DNA of 61,539 nt, counting the filler, from Catajapyx aquilonaris (Eukaryota), in assembly GCA_000934665.2 (NCBI GenBank). It is 2 parts of 2 records of this genome, joined end to end, with 100 filler letters (N's around TTAATTAATTAA, not from the genome) between each part and the next. Parts side by side here need not be neighbours in the genome. Positions count along the whole stretch, not along the records: positions 1 to 30,727 come from JYFJ02004619.1; positions 30,828 to 61,539 come from JYFJ02004620.1. One strand, written 5' to 3'. The position numbers and the translations under genes were made by a program. A model generated the notes under the pieces. That model was not told where the DNA came from and did no database searches. It was given only the letters and a program-made list of their open reading frames with translations. Positions 22,805 to 36,499 of this stretch are shown piece by piece (position 1 is the stretch's first letter; every line of letters starts with the position of its first letter).

Positions 22805-24939
22805 GTGAGTGCCCGTTTTCCTCCTGGCTGCGGACCGACACCATGAAACAAAGCCCAATTGACACCGGGATGGGCCAGACTCTCAATACCAATTGTAGTC
22901 ACAATCGAAATATGCCCATTGAAAGGGAGATTATTGCTAGTGGGACCCTGCCTAAATTTTACCTGTCACAGAATGCAAACCCGGTGTTAATCCCTTGGCG
23001 TCCATTATTTTTGTTTTCAATAGGCCGTGCGATTAAATAATACCAAAACCCGACCGTTAATCCCTTTCAATACAAGTTGAATTAAATGCGGTGCACGTGA
23101 CGCGTACAGGATTGTGATTGCCAGCCGATAATGCCCATTTTTGGGCAGAAAAAATAGTTTCCAGTCTGGTGTGGCCATTCAGAATTAATGGGCGTAACAG
23201 CGTGAAAATCGGTTAACCGCGTTATACTGCAGTTGCAGGATTACCTTGTGCGCTTCAAGAAACTATCGGGCAGATTCGCCTCCAACAATGTTTGTTTATC
23301 CACCTACTCTGTTGTGTGAGCAAATAACTGATTGCTGCTTTCCAACTTTGTAGTAGTGCACAGTCCAAGGCCGGATTGTTGTCGATATCTGTAATTTTTC
23401 ACTACCTGTACTTGTAACTGATGCAGTAACTATTCAATTAGGTAACAGTACGAGCCAGTACATCGTTGCAGGGCCGGAGTGTATGAATCTTTGTAAGGAT
23501 TTGACGACCTGTATTATATTGTTGTTGGTCTGTGTTTCATTATTGTTGTTTGACAGGCTGTCAAATCATTACACACATTGGTACAATCCGACCTCAGATG
23601 CAACAATGGTAAGTGTTGATAACCTTTCACTTGCTATTGTCTAATTGAACAAGTACCAAATTGGCTAAAGGACTATGGTGGCAGTACATTGTTGCAAAGT
23701 GAGTTAAATGTTTGCATTGTTTCGACAACCTGTACTTCATTGTTGTTGATTGTTGGTCAAATAATAAGCTGGTAGTTTTTAAAAAAAATTATTTGAGAGC
23801 CAAGTAGTAATTTGGTTATTAGTAGTTATTAATAAATGTGTAGTAAATAGCATTTGGTATATATTGCTAGTGCCAAATAGTTGGTTATTTGAGCTATTCA
23901 TGTAGTTACTGCGTTTTAGTTATGCAAATTTATAAATAGAAACCAAATAGTGATTGGGTGATTAACAGTTATTATTTAACTGATTATACGTAATCCAACT
24001 AGTGTTTCGGTACATTGATTATTATTTTATAAATAGTTATTTGATAGTGCCAAATCGCATTTTGGTCAGCAGCAATCAAGGCTCACAGTAACAATACAAT
24101 CCGGACCGAGCTCCAATTTGAAGACAGGTAGATATAGTAACTAAGGCGCAGATTGTTCGCCCCAGCAACCGGTTGCTTCCCCGGCTTCAGATTGCTGGCG
24201 CAAACAATCCAGTAAACATTTTATACTATCTGTATACAGGTACTTTTCCTTTTCAATTATTCAATCTTGGCTGTGAACTTTGCTCAGGTATACTACCTTT
24301 AGCATTGGAAACAGTTATAAATACCCCACCGCTTTCCACCCCCTCCCCTCCTCAAAAAAAAAAAAAGGGTCGCCCCCTCCCCGTCTTTCGAAAAAAAAAA
24401 AAAAAAAGAGGGGTGCCTCTAAACCCCCTACCCCAAAAATTCCTTTATGCTTCTCCCTCCTTCCCCATCCCCCACAACCTTCCCTCCCCATACCCCGCAA
24501 GGCCGTGAATAATTTACTCTCTTATTTCTAACCCTTCAGACTCGGGCTTGGAAATAACATGGCACAAAAAATAGAGAGAGAGAGAGGAGAGGGTGTGGAG
24601 ACATTGAGGAGGGGGTAGAGGAGAGAACCTGATTTACGCCCGCCTCATCTTTGCCTGGGCTAATTAATGGCCATGAATGCTCATCAAGTCGAGCAGATCG
24701 ATGCATTGTGCAAAAAAAAAAAAAAGGCTGGGGGGGGGGGGGGGGGNNNGGGGGGGGGGGGGTAATATTTACGCACAATTATGCAGGACAACAATAGGAA
24801 GTGATGTGACAATAGGAGATTCGCATCTACCAGAAAAATCATCCATTGCCTTTGAACTATGCAGAATTCAATGATTAAATTATTGTTGTTAAGCAGGCTG
24901 AACCTTGACACTTCATTTTTATTTTAATAATAGATATAA

Positions 24940-25862
24940 TATTACAGCTATGGCATGGCTACATTATCGCCATCATATCGTGGCTACATTATAGCTCACA
25001 CAGGGCTTTACATTACAGATCTCAAAAATGGCTACTGTATAGCTCTCTCTCATGGCTACATTATATAGCTCATATATGGCTACACTATGGCTATTACGCA
25101 TCATGGTTACATTATCTGTTAAATATCAGCTGTATGCATTAGAGCTGTTAATTGGATAATAAAATTTTGAGATTAATTTTTTGAAAGTAGTTTTTGGGAA
25201 ATAGCTGCTTACAGTGCCAGCTTATAAAATAGCGGGTTGTGTACAGGGTGATACAGTGCTCAACATAGCCATCATATGGTTACACATAGTGATTACGTTT
25301 GGCCACATAATAAGCAATTTCACATGGCTACATGAGCTATCATGGCAATGCATTATAGTTGATTTGATCATAAAAATCGAAATTTAATTTTTTAAGGTAG
25401 TTCCTGGGAAATATCTCCTTACAGTGGCAGCTTATAAAATAGCTGGTTGTGTACATGGTGGTACGGTGCTCAACGTAGCCATCATAAATCATGGCTACAT
25501 TATAGCGATTACGTATGGCTACATAAGTAATTTCACATGCCTACATAATGTATTACATATCATTGTTGATTTTATTTTAAAAAAATTATACAGTAGTTCC
25601 TGGGAAATAGCTGCTTATAGAAGTGTATAAACTAGCTGGTTGTATACAGGGTACTCACATATAGCCATCATGTGGCTACATTATGGCTGTTACATACGGC
25701 CACATAAGCAATGTCACATGGCTACGTAATAAGTTACATGCATTGTAGTTGATTTTATTATAAAAATAGAAATTGATATTTTTAAATGTTTCTTGGAAAT
25801 AGCTTCTCACAATAGCAGGTTGTAAAATAGTGGGTTGTGTACATGGTGTTACAGTGCTCATG
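24940..25862. repeat. Degenerate tandem repeat (~200-bp unit)
   Basis: A GGGAAATAGCTGCTTA...AAATAGCTGGTTGTGTACA-like block recurs near 25190, 25400, 25595 and 25790, with ATGGCTACAT subrepeats. Confidence 0.6.
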
Positions 25863-27499
25863 CAGGGGGTTCTAATGGTGGGTGGGAGTTACGCACCGTG
25901 ACGAAGAGTCTTGGCAGAGATGAGACGTAGAAACTACTTCATTGTATTGTTTTTTTTTTCTCTCGCTCTTTCTACTTTCTTTGACGGCCATAATGCCTCT
26001 TGCCCGCCAGTCTACCCGTGAAATTCAGTAGGGAAAGAAAAAAAAAATGGTGGAAGACCTGAGCGCACATAATGTTTAACCCTTTGCCTGTGAACAAACG
26101 CGTCACGGTTCCTGCATGTGATGAATACATTACGCAGGCCTACAGTACGGATGAGCGACGCTACCATTTTTTTTTAAAAAAAAAAGAAAGAAAGAGGGCT
26201 CCCAAAGCCACCCAACCGCACTTCAGGTACGATATAAATTTCATATCAAAGGCATACATTCAGTACGGACTTTTTTTTTGGGGGGGGGGGAGGGTGACGG
26301 TATCCATATAGTCAGGTATTGAGGACATGACGTCACGGAGTCAGTAACAGGCGCCATGAAAATTCAAATTCTCGAATTTTATTAAATGTTCGTTCAACAC
26401 CTGTCTTCAGGGGTAAATGGCTATAATTATAATCTACGGATATAACAGACGTCAATGGATCGAGGAAAGCAGTATGTTATAACCCGAGGTTTGTTACAGC
26501 CAAATCGTCACTTTGGCAGCGAATTTTCTGCTTTCATATGCTCATAATGCACACTACTGCATATAACTGACCGTTACTGATGAGGCAGGACCAATAAATA
26601 TCCGTAATTTTGTGCTGCCGTCTCGTTCTTGCCATATATACCAGAAAAAAAAGAATGGTTTTGACATTTTTTGCAGGTGTTAGATCAGTGACAGGTGGGA
26701 AAATCACCCCCATCTCCGGTATATGCAGTCCTTTACTCGCGTGGATAAAGAAGCTGAGTAATCAAAAACGCCATATTTTCCCACCGAGTGGGCAAGAACT
26801 GGTCTGTTATGACCGACGTGAGGTGAAAATGAGTGGTTATATCAGGAGTAAAAAAATACAGTGACTTATGGAAGTTTACCAGGACTGGCCTTTCGAGTCT
26901 GTTATATCCAGAGTCAACTGTAAATACACGCTATAATGCAATAAATCACATGAATAACCAATAAAACTAAATAGCAGATAAGGCAATGAAATTAACAGCT
27001 AAAATAACCGATAAAATTAATAGCCAAAAGTTACTAGCCAAGAAAATCAAATAACCCGGCCAAATAAAATAACTTACAGTAAAATACTAACTGATAACAT
27101 TGATTACCGATAAAATAACCTCTAAAATTAAATAACAGCTCAAATAAAAACGCAATAAATATGTGGACTACGCTGTACATTTTTCGGACTCTTCCTTGCT
27201 TTAGCCATGCACGGATAATCCGCACCCGGATAATAATCGGGAGTACAGTGTAGCAGATAAGTAACCAATGAAATTAAGTAACAAAATTAATAGCCAATCA
27301 ATTACTGACCAAGAAATCAGATAACTATTCAAATAAAACAACATTGATAACATATAATAACGGCTCAAGTTAAACAACAGCTCAAATAATAAACGAGCAT
27401 TGGCTCGAGTATGTGCCTCCAGATTGCTGTTTGTCCGCGGTGAGTCATCAGATATGTGCAGGTAGTACCACTTTTCCAGGCATGACTGCGAGTGGCAGT

Positions 27500-27803
27500 A
27501 TAATAATATAATAATTTGTACCCCGTGCTGGAGCCATGGGCCCTCTTAGGGGGGTGGGATACCACCAATTTTTTCCCTGGAACTCTTGCTTTCGTTTTTT
27601 ACTTCTCGTATATGGGGATGGGATAGGGACGGAAGGAAGCGGCTGTGGCCTTATAATTACGGACACGACCACGGAATTTTCCTGGTGAGACCATGGGAAA
27701 CCACAGAAAACCACGGTCAGGGTCGACGGCCACCGGGATTCGAACCCAGGACCTCCCGATTAGCAGTCGGATACCACATCCCCTCCGCTACCACTGCTTC
27801 GGT
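27500..27803 (-). mobile_element. tRNA-derived SINE
   Basis: Minus-strand tRNA-like head with GGTTCGAATCCC. Near-identical to the copy at 38479-38791. Flanked by the CTGCGAGTGG(C/T)AG direct repeat. Confidence 0.85.
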
Positions 27804-29049
27804 TGCTGCGAGTGGTAGGGCCACCTACGTGAGGGGTATGGCACTTCCTGGGCAGTCTGGGGCAGTGTTGCACGTTTCGGAAAGGTGTTCAGTATTGTAA
27901 ATAAACAAACGACAGTGTTGACGCCATTTGCATATTTAAAAAATTCCGGGGTTTATGTTGGCTGTACTGTGCCTGGCGGGACATTTGGCTACCCTGATTG
28001 TTGGACTGTCACTGCGTCGATCAGCATTTCTCACAATAAATTTGAACGCATGCCTTCAATAATGTAATTATTTTATGGTGATTTAACATTTATTCGGGAC
28101 ATTTAGAGCCAGCGCCATCTAGGCATAGCGTTGGACACACCTTTTATTTTTTGGGGGGTCCCGTACCGGTACATGTTCAGAGGGTGGGATCAATATGTAT
28201 TATCCGACCCGACCTAAAAAGATTAGGGGAGGAATTTATAATTTAAAAGGCCGGTGGTCCAACCCGCCGGAGAGAAATTACACCCGGATTCCAACCCTCC
28301 AGGGTGTTTTATTTTATATGCACCCCACCGTCCCACCCTCCTCCCCTCTTTCAAAAAAGTGAACACAGACACACTCACATACTCGCCCCCACCCACTCCC
28401 ACGCCATGTCTAGGAATAGCTCCCCCCCAAAAAAATTGCGAGCACATTGTAACAACTGTAGAATTACAGCGCGTTTGTTCACTCCAGCAACCGGTTGCAG
28501 AGGTAAACAATCCACTGCATAACGAGGTTGATCCGCAAGCAGGGATTGTTGACCAATTTCATACCGTGAGTGGAGTGCACGCGGTTTTAATGAGTTTTTT
28601 TTTAAATACCAAAATATTCGCCATTTGTAATTGCGGAGTAATTATTTTAATGCGTTCATGTCGTGCTTCGGCCTGGTTTTACCGGATTCTCACAGTAGTT
28701 CAGTTGGCTACCCTGATGTGAGCGTAATGTCATGTTCCGCCTACCGACTTCATTTTGCATATTTTTAATTCTTCAGTTTTTAATTTGCATTTTTAAATTG
28801 CAAATTGTTATTTTTAAATTGTAAATCGTAAATTTTTATTTTCAAATTGTAAATCGTGAATTTTTATTTTCAAGTTGCAAATTGTTTTATTTTAAATTTT
28901 ATTTTAATGTTAACTTATAAATTGTATATTTTTAGTTGTATTTGAAATACTTAAATATAATTTTAGCTCTATATTTCAAATTTAATTTTAGCATTTTAAA
29001 TTTCAAATAAAATAAAATAAATTTAATTTAATTTAATATTGAGAGTTTG

Positions 29050-29222
29050 TCGTCTGAGATGGGCAGGGGTGGGGGGTGGGACGGGTTGTTTATAGGTTTT
29101 ATTTTTAAAAGTTTTAATTTAGTTCATATTTTGGGTTAGCTTGTGGCTCCCGTCATCGCTGACTACCCCTCATATATAGGGAAATGTCGTGATGGTGATG
29201 GTGATGATGGTGATGATGATGA
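29050..29222 (+). repeat. Microsatellite-tailed retroelement 3' end, copy 2
   Basis: GTCTGAGATGGGCAGGGGTGG...CATCGCTGACTACCCCT...(GAT)n, shared with 60211-60742. Confidence 0.6.
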
Positions 29223-30634
29223 AATTTCAAATATAATTTTAGCTTTTTTAAATTTTAAATTTAGCTTCTTACATTTGAAGTGATGGACATGAATGGTGTA
29301 GCACTGTAGCTACTGGTAGCGCTACGAGTCAATAGTGGCAAAGCATGCAGTACGTCCGTTCGATTCGCTATTTTGCCGCCAACGGCTAGGGGCGACACCA
29401 GTACATCACCATTAATGCCCATATAAAAACTTTTTTTTTTGCCACATTTTTTTTGAAAGCCATATTTACAGTGTTGACCATTTAAAAAATGGCGGAGGAA
29501 GCAAAGATGCGGTAGTCAACAAACAACTTTGCTCCTTTGAACGCTTGATAAACATTGCCTCCGGAATTTTTTTCCGCATTCCTAATAACTCGCCAATTTC
29601 CCCCCCCCCCCCCTTTTTTTGGGGGGGGGGAGGGGGGCAAAAAAAAAATCAGTGTTTGCTAATGGGATTTATCGCATTTGCGATCAAGGTGAAGGCGATG
29701 GATTGGTTCAAAAATCGGGGAGCGACCAACCGATAAATGTGCCCTCAAAAGCTGGAGGCCATTTTTTTCGGTCTGTGTTTTTTTTTGAGGGGATGTAATT
29801 TGGTTTATGGCCGCCAGGCGTCGCTGCATACGCTTGGCTTGATTATTTGGGTACTTAATATCGTTAAAATGGTTTTTCAGTGATGACTTGCCCCGGTCAG
29901 ACGGACAGACAGCTGATTGTACAGTCGCGCCTAAATTTGTCGTACCCTATTGTGCTCGCCTGTACTTTGCTCCGTTGACATTTAAGAGTAGGAGGGACCG
30001 GCTCTATATTTAACTCGCACCACACATTCACTCACATACTCGTTTTGCGTCTGGGAAGTCGGCTGATTACACTTGCCGGTTTTTGGGGCGTAAGAGGCAG
30101 TAATAAGGTAATGGGCGCGATGGTTATCCTCCCCCTACTCTTTGAAGTGGGCTGGCAAAAGAGGAGCTAGGTTTGGGCCTGGCCGCATCCATAATGCACC
30201 GCGCCAGATAAGTTGATTTGCTGATCGAGTCAGGCCCCTTGTCTGCATAGATAATAGACTCTGGGTGGGAGGAGGTGGAGGAGAGGAAAAAGCGAGCCCC
30301 CTCCCCCGCTTCTTCATACATATTGCAATTGTTGGAGACGACTGTCATGGCGCTCGGGTCGGTTACGTGCCTGATTTCATTACCCGGGGGTTTTTGCACC
30401 TGGGAATTCATAGGCAAACCCTTTGGTTAACCTGCGGTGGTGTAACACTCGCGCGTTGTTGCCACATGGTCAGCACTGTGGGTTCAACCTATCTATGGAC
30501 ATGGGTTAGCGCTTATGCCCCACTTGTGTACAGTGTAACTATTGAAATGCATATAGTGGGTAGCGATTTTGGCATTTGTTATTTACATTAAATTCTATTT
30601 TTAAAAAAATTAACTACATATTTATTTTAATATA

Positions 30635-30727
30635 CAGGGTGTTTATTGTAACTCTGCAAAGACTTTCAGGGGTAATAGAGGGGACCAAGATAAGTATTTT
30701 TGACATAGGAACCTGTGTCCGGAAACG
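30635..30727. mobile_element. Left end of a Tc1/mariner-like element, cut by the assembly gap
   Basis: TA|CAGGGTGTT terminus running into the N gap. Confidence 0.5.
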
Positions 30728-30827
30728 NNNNNNNNNNNNNNNNNNNNNNNNNNNNNNNNNNNNNNNNNNNNTTAATTAATTAANNNNNNNNNNNNNNNNN
30801 NNNNNNNNNNNNNNNNNNNNNNNNNNN
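30728..30827. other. Assembly gap with TTAATTAATTAA spacer
   Basis: 100-nt block of Ns with a central stop-in-all-frames linker. Confidence 0.95.
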
Positions 30828-33800
30828 GGCCCGGCCACCACACCGTGTCCCTGGCCCGGGCACGACATCTATTGATACCCATGTGACCCTGGTGGAGCTT
30901 CTGCAAGATGTCCTGGCGAAGTGGCGGGGGAATGATGATCCTACCACCTCTGGCCAGAAGTCCCTCTACCACCGTTATCTCATTTCTGTGGTGCCAGTAT
31001 GGCACGCAGCTCGCCGGAAGGTCTCTGCGGGCAGGCCACACTGCTTCCACGTACTTGCGTAACTGGCAACAGGTCTCGTCCTCCTGCTGGCATTGTGCAA
31101 TTTCCTCCAGACGGTCTTTCGTTGCAGGAAGGCAGGATACGATATGTTGCACATAAGCCTCCGTCAGCAGAGACAGCTCCTCTTCCGTCTCCTCAATAGG
31201 TTGACGGGATAGCACATCAGGAGCAATCAGATCACGACCCGGGGTGTGAAAGATCGTGAAACTGTACCGCATGAGCCTGATGCGAAATCGCTGTAGTCTG
31301 GGAGACAAGTCGTCCAAGTTCTTGGTCGAGAACAACGGAACCAACGGCTTGTGGTCCGTTTCAAGCTGGAACTCGGTACCAAGGATGTAATCCTGAAAGC
31401 GGTCGCACGCCCAAGCTAGCGCCAACCCTTCCTTCTCTATTTGGGCATACCTCTTCTCAGCTGCGTTGAGAGTTCTGGACGCATAGGCAACGACCCTGTA
31501 GTCGCCCTCAGGTTGTAATTGCTTGAACGTAGCTCCGAGTCCATAGGAAGAGGCATCAGCTGACACCGTCGAGGGCTTTGCTGGATCGTACCAGGCTAAC
31601 ACCGGAGCTGTGGCCAGCATCTTCTTCACGTTCTGGTACGCTGCCTCTTGAGCATCCCCCCATACCCAGGCGTTTTTCTTACTTAACAGTTCTTGTAAGG
31701 GATGGAGGATGTCTGCGAGGTGGGGCACGAACCTGGCAACGTAATTCACCATTCCCAGGAAGCTTTTGAGGTCCTGGATCGAAGCAGGGGCCTTCATGTT
31801 AGTGATCGCCTTGACTTTGTCTTGATCAGCTCTCACTCCATCAGCATCAATAACATGTCCCAGGAATTTCATGGACGTTCGGGAAAACTCACATTTTGCA
31901 GCATTCAGGGTCATGCCTGCTTCCACCAGACGACGTAAGACTGCCCTCACTCGCTCGTCGTGTACCTCCTGTGATGATCCCCAAACCAATATGTCGTCCA
32001 TCATACACACCACGCCCGGTAGTCCTACCAGAATGTCATGGACTCTCCGTTGGAAGTGTTCAGGTGCTGATGTAATTCCAAACGGGAGTCGCCGAAAACA
32101 ATATCTGCCAAACGGCGTGATGAATGTTGTTAGTTTCTGCGATTCTTCTTCAAGTGGAATCTGTCAGAAGCCACTGTTAGCATCTAATTTCGTAAAGACT
32201 TTGGCATCGCTCAGTTGTCCCATAGTGTGCTCTACTGACGGAATAGGGTGCCACTCTCTTCTGATGCAATCGTTCAACTTGGAGAGGTCGATGCAAATTC
32301 TGATCTCCTTGGATGCTTTGGGAATCAGTACCATGGGTGCACACCACTCCGTAGGCTGTGTTACCTTCTTGATGACCTCCAACCGCTCCATCCTGTCCAA
32401 CTCTTCACGCACTTGGTTCATCATAGGGATAGGAATGCGACGAGGACTCGTAATGGCGAAGGGTGTGTTATCAGGTTTCAGATCGATATGGTATTCCCCT
32501 TTCAGGGTGCCCAACCCATGGAACAAGGATGGGAATTCCACTTCAGGACTTAATGGATTTAGGATTTCGGTCAGATTTTGCTGTGGGTTTTTAAGAATTT
32601 GCCTTACAACACGTACAATCCCCAGCTCCTGTATGGCTGGCCTCCCCAGCAATGCTTCCTCCAAGTTCCTAATCACGAAGATGTCCTGCACCGACTCCTT
32701 TCTGCGGTGGCTCATAGTCTCTCTGAGGATCCCACGTACCATCAGTTGGTTGTGGTCTGGCCCGTACAGCTTCATGGATGTTTGGTGCAGCATCTTGTCC
32801 TTGAAGAGTTCCTCGTATGTGGTTTCTGGGATGACGTTCACTTCAGCGCCAGTATCTATGATGAATTCCACCTTCCTCTTCGCCACCTGCACCACCAAAT
32901 CCCACTTTGGTGACTGTGTCTGCCTGACACGTCCCAAAAACGTCTCTGCTGAGCATGTTTGCTCCACTGCAACTTGTCGGATGGATGATTTGCATACCTT
33001 TTTGAAGTGTCCTTTCTTGCCACACTTCCCACAGTCTGCATTCCTGGCTGGGCAGTCCTTCTTGGGATGCCTCCCTTTGTATCCACACCAACCGCATTCC
33101 GCAGCTTCGGTTTTCTGGTCCATCTTGGCTCCCGTATATGGTTTCCTGCCCCCTCTTCGACTGCCTTGCTGTCCCCGGTCCTGCTGTACCCGGTCGATCT
33201 TTGGCACTCCCCCACTCTGGAACGTTTGTTCACGAATCAGTGGTGCATGTTGCCGCTTGACCGCCTCTGACTGCCGGGCCTGATGGATGGCTTTTTCTGC
33301 CGTTAGCGAGTCATCGAGTGCCAGCCTCTCAGATAACCCCTTATCCCTCAAGCCGACTATGATTCTATCCCGGATCATCTCATCAGTGAGGCCCCCGTAC
33401 TCACAGTGCTCACACAGGCCGTACAGAGCTGTGACGAACTCGTCTACTGTCTCGTTCGGCTCTTGTATCCGGCGGTTGAACCTTAACCGCTCGAATACTA
33501 CATGCCTCTTCACGATGAAATGCCTCTCCAGGCGCTCCACCACCACCTGGTACGTTTTGGCCTCCTCCGGAGTCAACTTTTGGGCTACTATGATATCGTC
33601 TGCTTGGTCCCCCATAGTATAGATCAAGGTGTTCACCTGCTCTACCTCGCTCTGGGATGCGAGGCCGGACGCCCGCCTGAATCTCTCGAATCGGCGGATC
33701 CATTTTGGCCACTCAGCTGGGTTGTGAAACGGAAACTGCTCCGGTGGGTTGATCTGGTAGGTAGGCGTGGCGGCCATCTTGGGTGTCTCTGCCTGCTCTC

Positions 33801-33840
33801 CTCCTCCCCCCAGTACTCGGTTTTCGTCGTCACTCATCAC
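30828..33840 (-). pseudogene. gag-pol polyprotein with one premature stop (Trp to TGA at 32166-32164)
   Basis: ORFs 32164..33840 and 30772..32013 are in the same frame. The junction reads LDANSGF*QIPLEE where WQIPL is expected. Confidence 0.9.
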
Positions 33841-33898
33841 TCAGCCTCGATTCAGTTTGTCACCGTATGTCCTCCTGTCACTCGCCCCCTCACGCACA

Positions 33899-33909
33899 CG
33901 CTGCCACCA
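33899..33909 (-). promoter_or_regulatory. Primer binding site TGGTGGCAGCG (tRNA-Leu-like)
   Basis: Directly follows the LTR 3' CA on the minus strand. The tRNA assignment is from recalled tRNA-Leu 3' ends (CGCUGCCACCA). Confidence 0.7.
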
Positions 33910-34169
33910 TGTTCTGTTAGGTTCGGGTTCTTCTAATAGTCAACAAGGGGATAGGTAACTCAGGAGCACAAGTAAAACACGACTCGTCCAGGTTCATTAG
34001 CAGGTTAGACTCCCCCTCAAGTAGCTACGCTTTATTTGGCCTGCTCCGATGTCAGGCTTGGAACTAACTACAAGATACACTACAGAATCCTCGTTGCTTT
34101 CACCAGACAGCCTTTTCGTCATAGTCCCGCCAGGAGGCAGGAGAGGAGAACAGGGCTAGAAATACTACA
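33910..34169 (-). repeat. 5' LTR (260 bp)
   Basis: Minus strand reads TGTAGT...AGAACA and contains AATAAA (plus-strand TTTATT at 34031). It abuts the PBS. Confidence 0.8.
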
Positions 34170-35339
34170 ATTTCAAAGTTCTTGCCGTGAAGTTACATGG
34201 CCGCCCGTTATCTCTAATTGGCTTCAAAGATGTCCGACCTTTACGGCCTCTATTCTATTCTATCTCGTTGATACATACATACATTTCCTTCACGGCATAT
34301 TCCCATCAAGATGGGGTTACCAGCGATGACCAGGTAGGAACAGTCCACCTGGCCATCTCATTAAACTCATTTAACGGCTATAAATAACCGTTCTTTCGAG
34401 TCGCAATAACGGTTAACGGTATATTGCCCAGGAACCTACACATCAACCGTTATGAAGTGTTATTATTACAAGTTCATGTGGGATTAACTTGCATCTCCCT
34501 TCATCGCTGACTACCCCTATTAAACAGGGAAACGTCGTGATAGTGATGATGGTGTTGTTGTTCTTGTTGTTATCAGCGATGTCTTCGCTGCCAATTGCCG
34601 CTGTCACTTTCATATCACAAACTTCTCAGGTCTCCTGCTGCTCACCTGGTGTCGTTTGCGTCACTCGAAGCAACCATGTACAAACGAAGGCGATCAGCTA
34701 GGCTCGATGTACCTGCTGATACGGAACAATTCGCGCAGCAGCTGTTGCTACACCGTAACCTCAGCGGTGCATTGGATGGCCAACCATTTTATGCTGAGAC
34801 ACTACGCGGAACGGACGAGGAGGGAACCTCAGTAATCTTCGTGTCAGACGAGCTTCGAGACGGCCTCTTCAGAAACTCCCCTGAATTGCATATGGACGGG
34901 ACATTTAAGACCGTCCCACAACTTTTCCGACAACTGTTTGCGGTCCATGCAGCCGATACAGACGCCCACGTAAGTGATGGAGCCCATACAGACCTATCGT
35001 CTTTGTCCTAGCTGACTCAACTCCCAATAGAAAACAAGCTATGTACGTATTAATTACAGGGCATGTGGAATATCATAACTTTTACGTAGTCAAGGAATCA
35101 TGTAAAATGAAACAGGAGTCACATCTTGAAATAAAAAATGCTGTTGTGCATGGACTATACGTAGGTTACATCAATTCACATGCAATATTTAGTAAGTGAT
35201 TGACGGAACAAAATTACAATTCTCAATCACGAGTCAGGTCGACAACTTTGCGTATGCTAGGGGGTATGATGGATTTTTTTTTAGCACAAAATCATCCGAA
35301 GTTTGGATGGCATCAGTTGAGGGATATGTCAGGTTATGG

Positions 35340-35960
35340 ACTGTGCCATAGTGCTTCACCATACCACCAACATCGTCGCATGGTCCTTTATCGTGTCCCG
35401 TTGACGTAAAGACATGTCTGCAGGGGCTGCTGGGGAAAGTTCATGCAGGTGGTAGCGGTTCTTGGAATGACTCGCTGCACCATCAGAGATGAATGTTATA
35501 TAGGTACTTTGCTGGTTTTTCCGTCATCTGATAGATCATCTGCGACTCGATGGAGCCAGAATCCAGAAGTGCATGACTTGGATCATGCGTCGAATCTTCA
35601 CTAACCACAGCAGAACTCTGGACGCTGCTGTCCAAATAAGCCACGCATGTGAATATTGATATTTGCTTCTTTTGCCAATGGTAGCTCTGGATTTCGTTCT
35701 GTTGGAACGAGGCACATGCACAAACTGAATAGGTCCTCTGCAGTGACCATCACATTTGTAGCAGAGTTCAATGTTTGCACAAAATTTGGAATGCCCCATT
35801 ATGCGTCCGCCTGGACAATCATTCTCGTAGATGTTGTACGTTTCTCTGATGGAACAGGTCATATAGCGTTTTGTCCAATCGTTGCACTTCAGATGCCAAA
35901 CACCCAACTTTTCGGTACCGGTACCTTTTTTGTTCTCTGCGTCATTGTACACAACGTGTG
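35340..35960 (-). mobile_element. Degenerate Sola2-like transposase remnant in MULE intron 1
   Basis: Minus-strand frames give DSTHDPSHALL, FISDGAASHSKNR (35495-35456) and FTSTGHDKGPCDDVGGMVKH (35410-35351), matching the SDG..xQ/HxKN and GHGKG..DG.GG..K motifs. Confidence 0.6.
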
Positions 35961-36147
35961 ACACTTATCAAGGAATAGGGCAGAGGGCAGAGGGCAGAGG
36001 CAGGCCTTGAACAAGATGGAAAGTCCTTGCCAGCATGTTCTGAGGCACTATCCGAATTTCGTGGATGATGTTTTTTTGTTTTTTTTCGAAGGCGTCGCTG
36101 GATTGTGGTTTGTTTCAGTACAGTACACCTGGCCATAACTGCCATAA

Positions 36148-36386
36148 AGGCCGCTTCACAAACTCGGCGTTGCGAAAGCGGGGCGAAATGCCCGTTTTAC
36201 AAACCCGGATTTGCGCGAGCGGGGCGTACGGAGAGCGGAAAATTTGCGAAGGGCTATTCACAAATGCTGCGTGCGATGACCGAGCGCGGGCGTTGCGCTG
36301 GCGTCCAATCGGGTGGACTTTCTGCGTGCGATGAGCGTAAGACCCACACGCCACGCTTTCGCAACGCCGAGTTTGTGAAGCGGCCT
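36148..36386. mobile_element. PIF/Harbinger MITE (239 bp)
   Basis: 33-bp TIR AGGCCGCTTCACAAACTCGGCGTTGCGAAAGCG with TAA target-site duplication (36145-36147, 36387-36389). Confidence 0.9.
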
Positions 36387-36499
36387 TAAGAAGTAATCAG
36401 GCGGCGTAAGACCAGGCGAACGCAGTGGTAAAATTCCCTTCTAAATTAATCGGTCGCCGAAAAGGGACTGAATTTCAGACTCTATGATGGCGGGTGATG

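Larger units (their letters stand above)
30828..34169 (-). mobile_element. Ty3/gypsy LTR retrotransposon (Mag-like, single gag-pol frame), 3' part lost in the gap
   Basis: Has a 5' LTR and PBS, gag with two zinc knuckles (CGWC...H...C, CGKC...H...C), protease IDTGA, RT MMDD, RNase H DAS/ETDHKPL and the integrase H2C2 start (LHQGH). Confidence 0.95.

Noticed and set aside
22768..23040. 90-aa ORF starting MFIGGLSWQ as a stand-alone gene
   Set aside because: Only the first 37 nt are exonic. A GTGAGT donor at 22805 ends the Musashi similarity.
30772..30783. TTAATTAATTAA between N runs
   Set aside because: Scaffolding spacer, not biological. It also creates the artificial end of ORF 30772..32013.
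31871..33283. 470-aa plus-strand ORF
   Set aside because: Antisense shadow of the gypsy gag-pol. It has no recognisable motifs and a Ser-rich composition typical of reverse-frame read-through.
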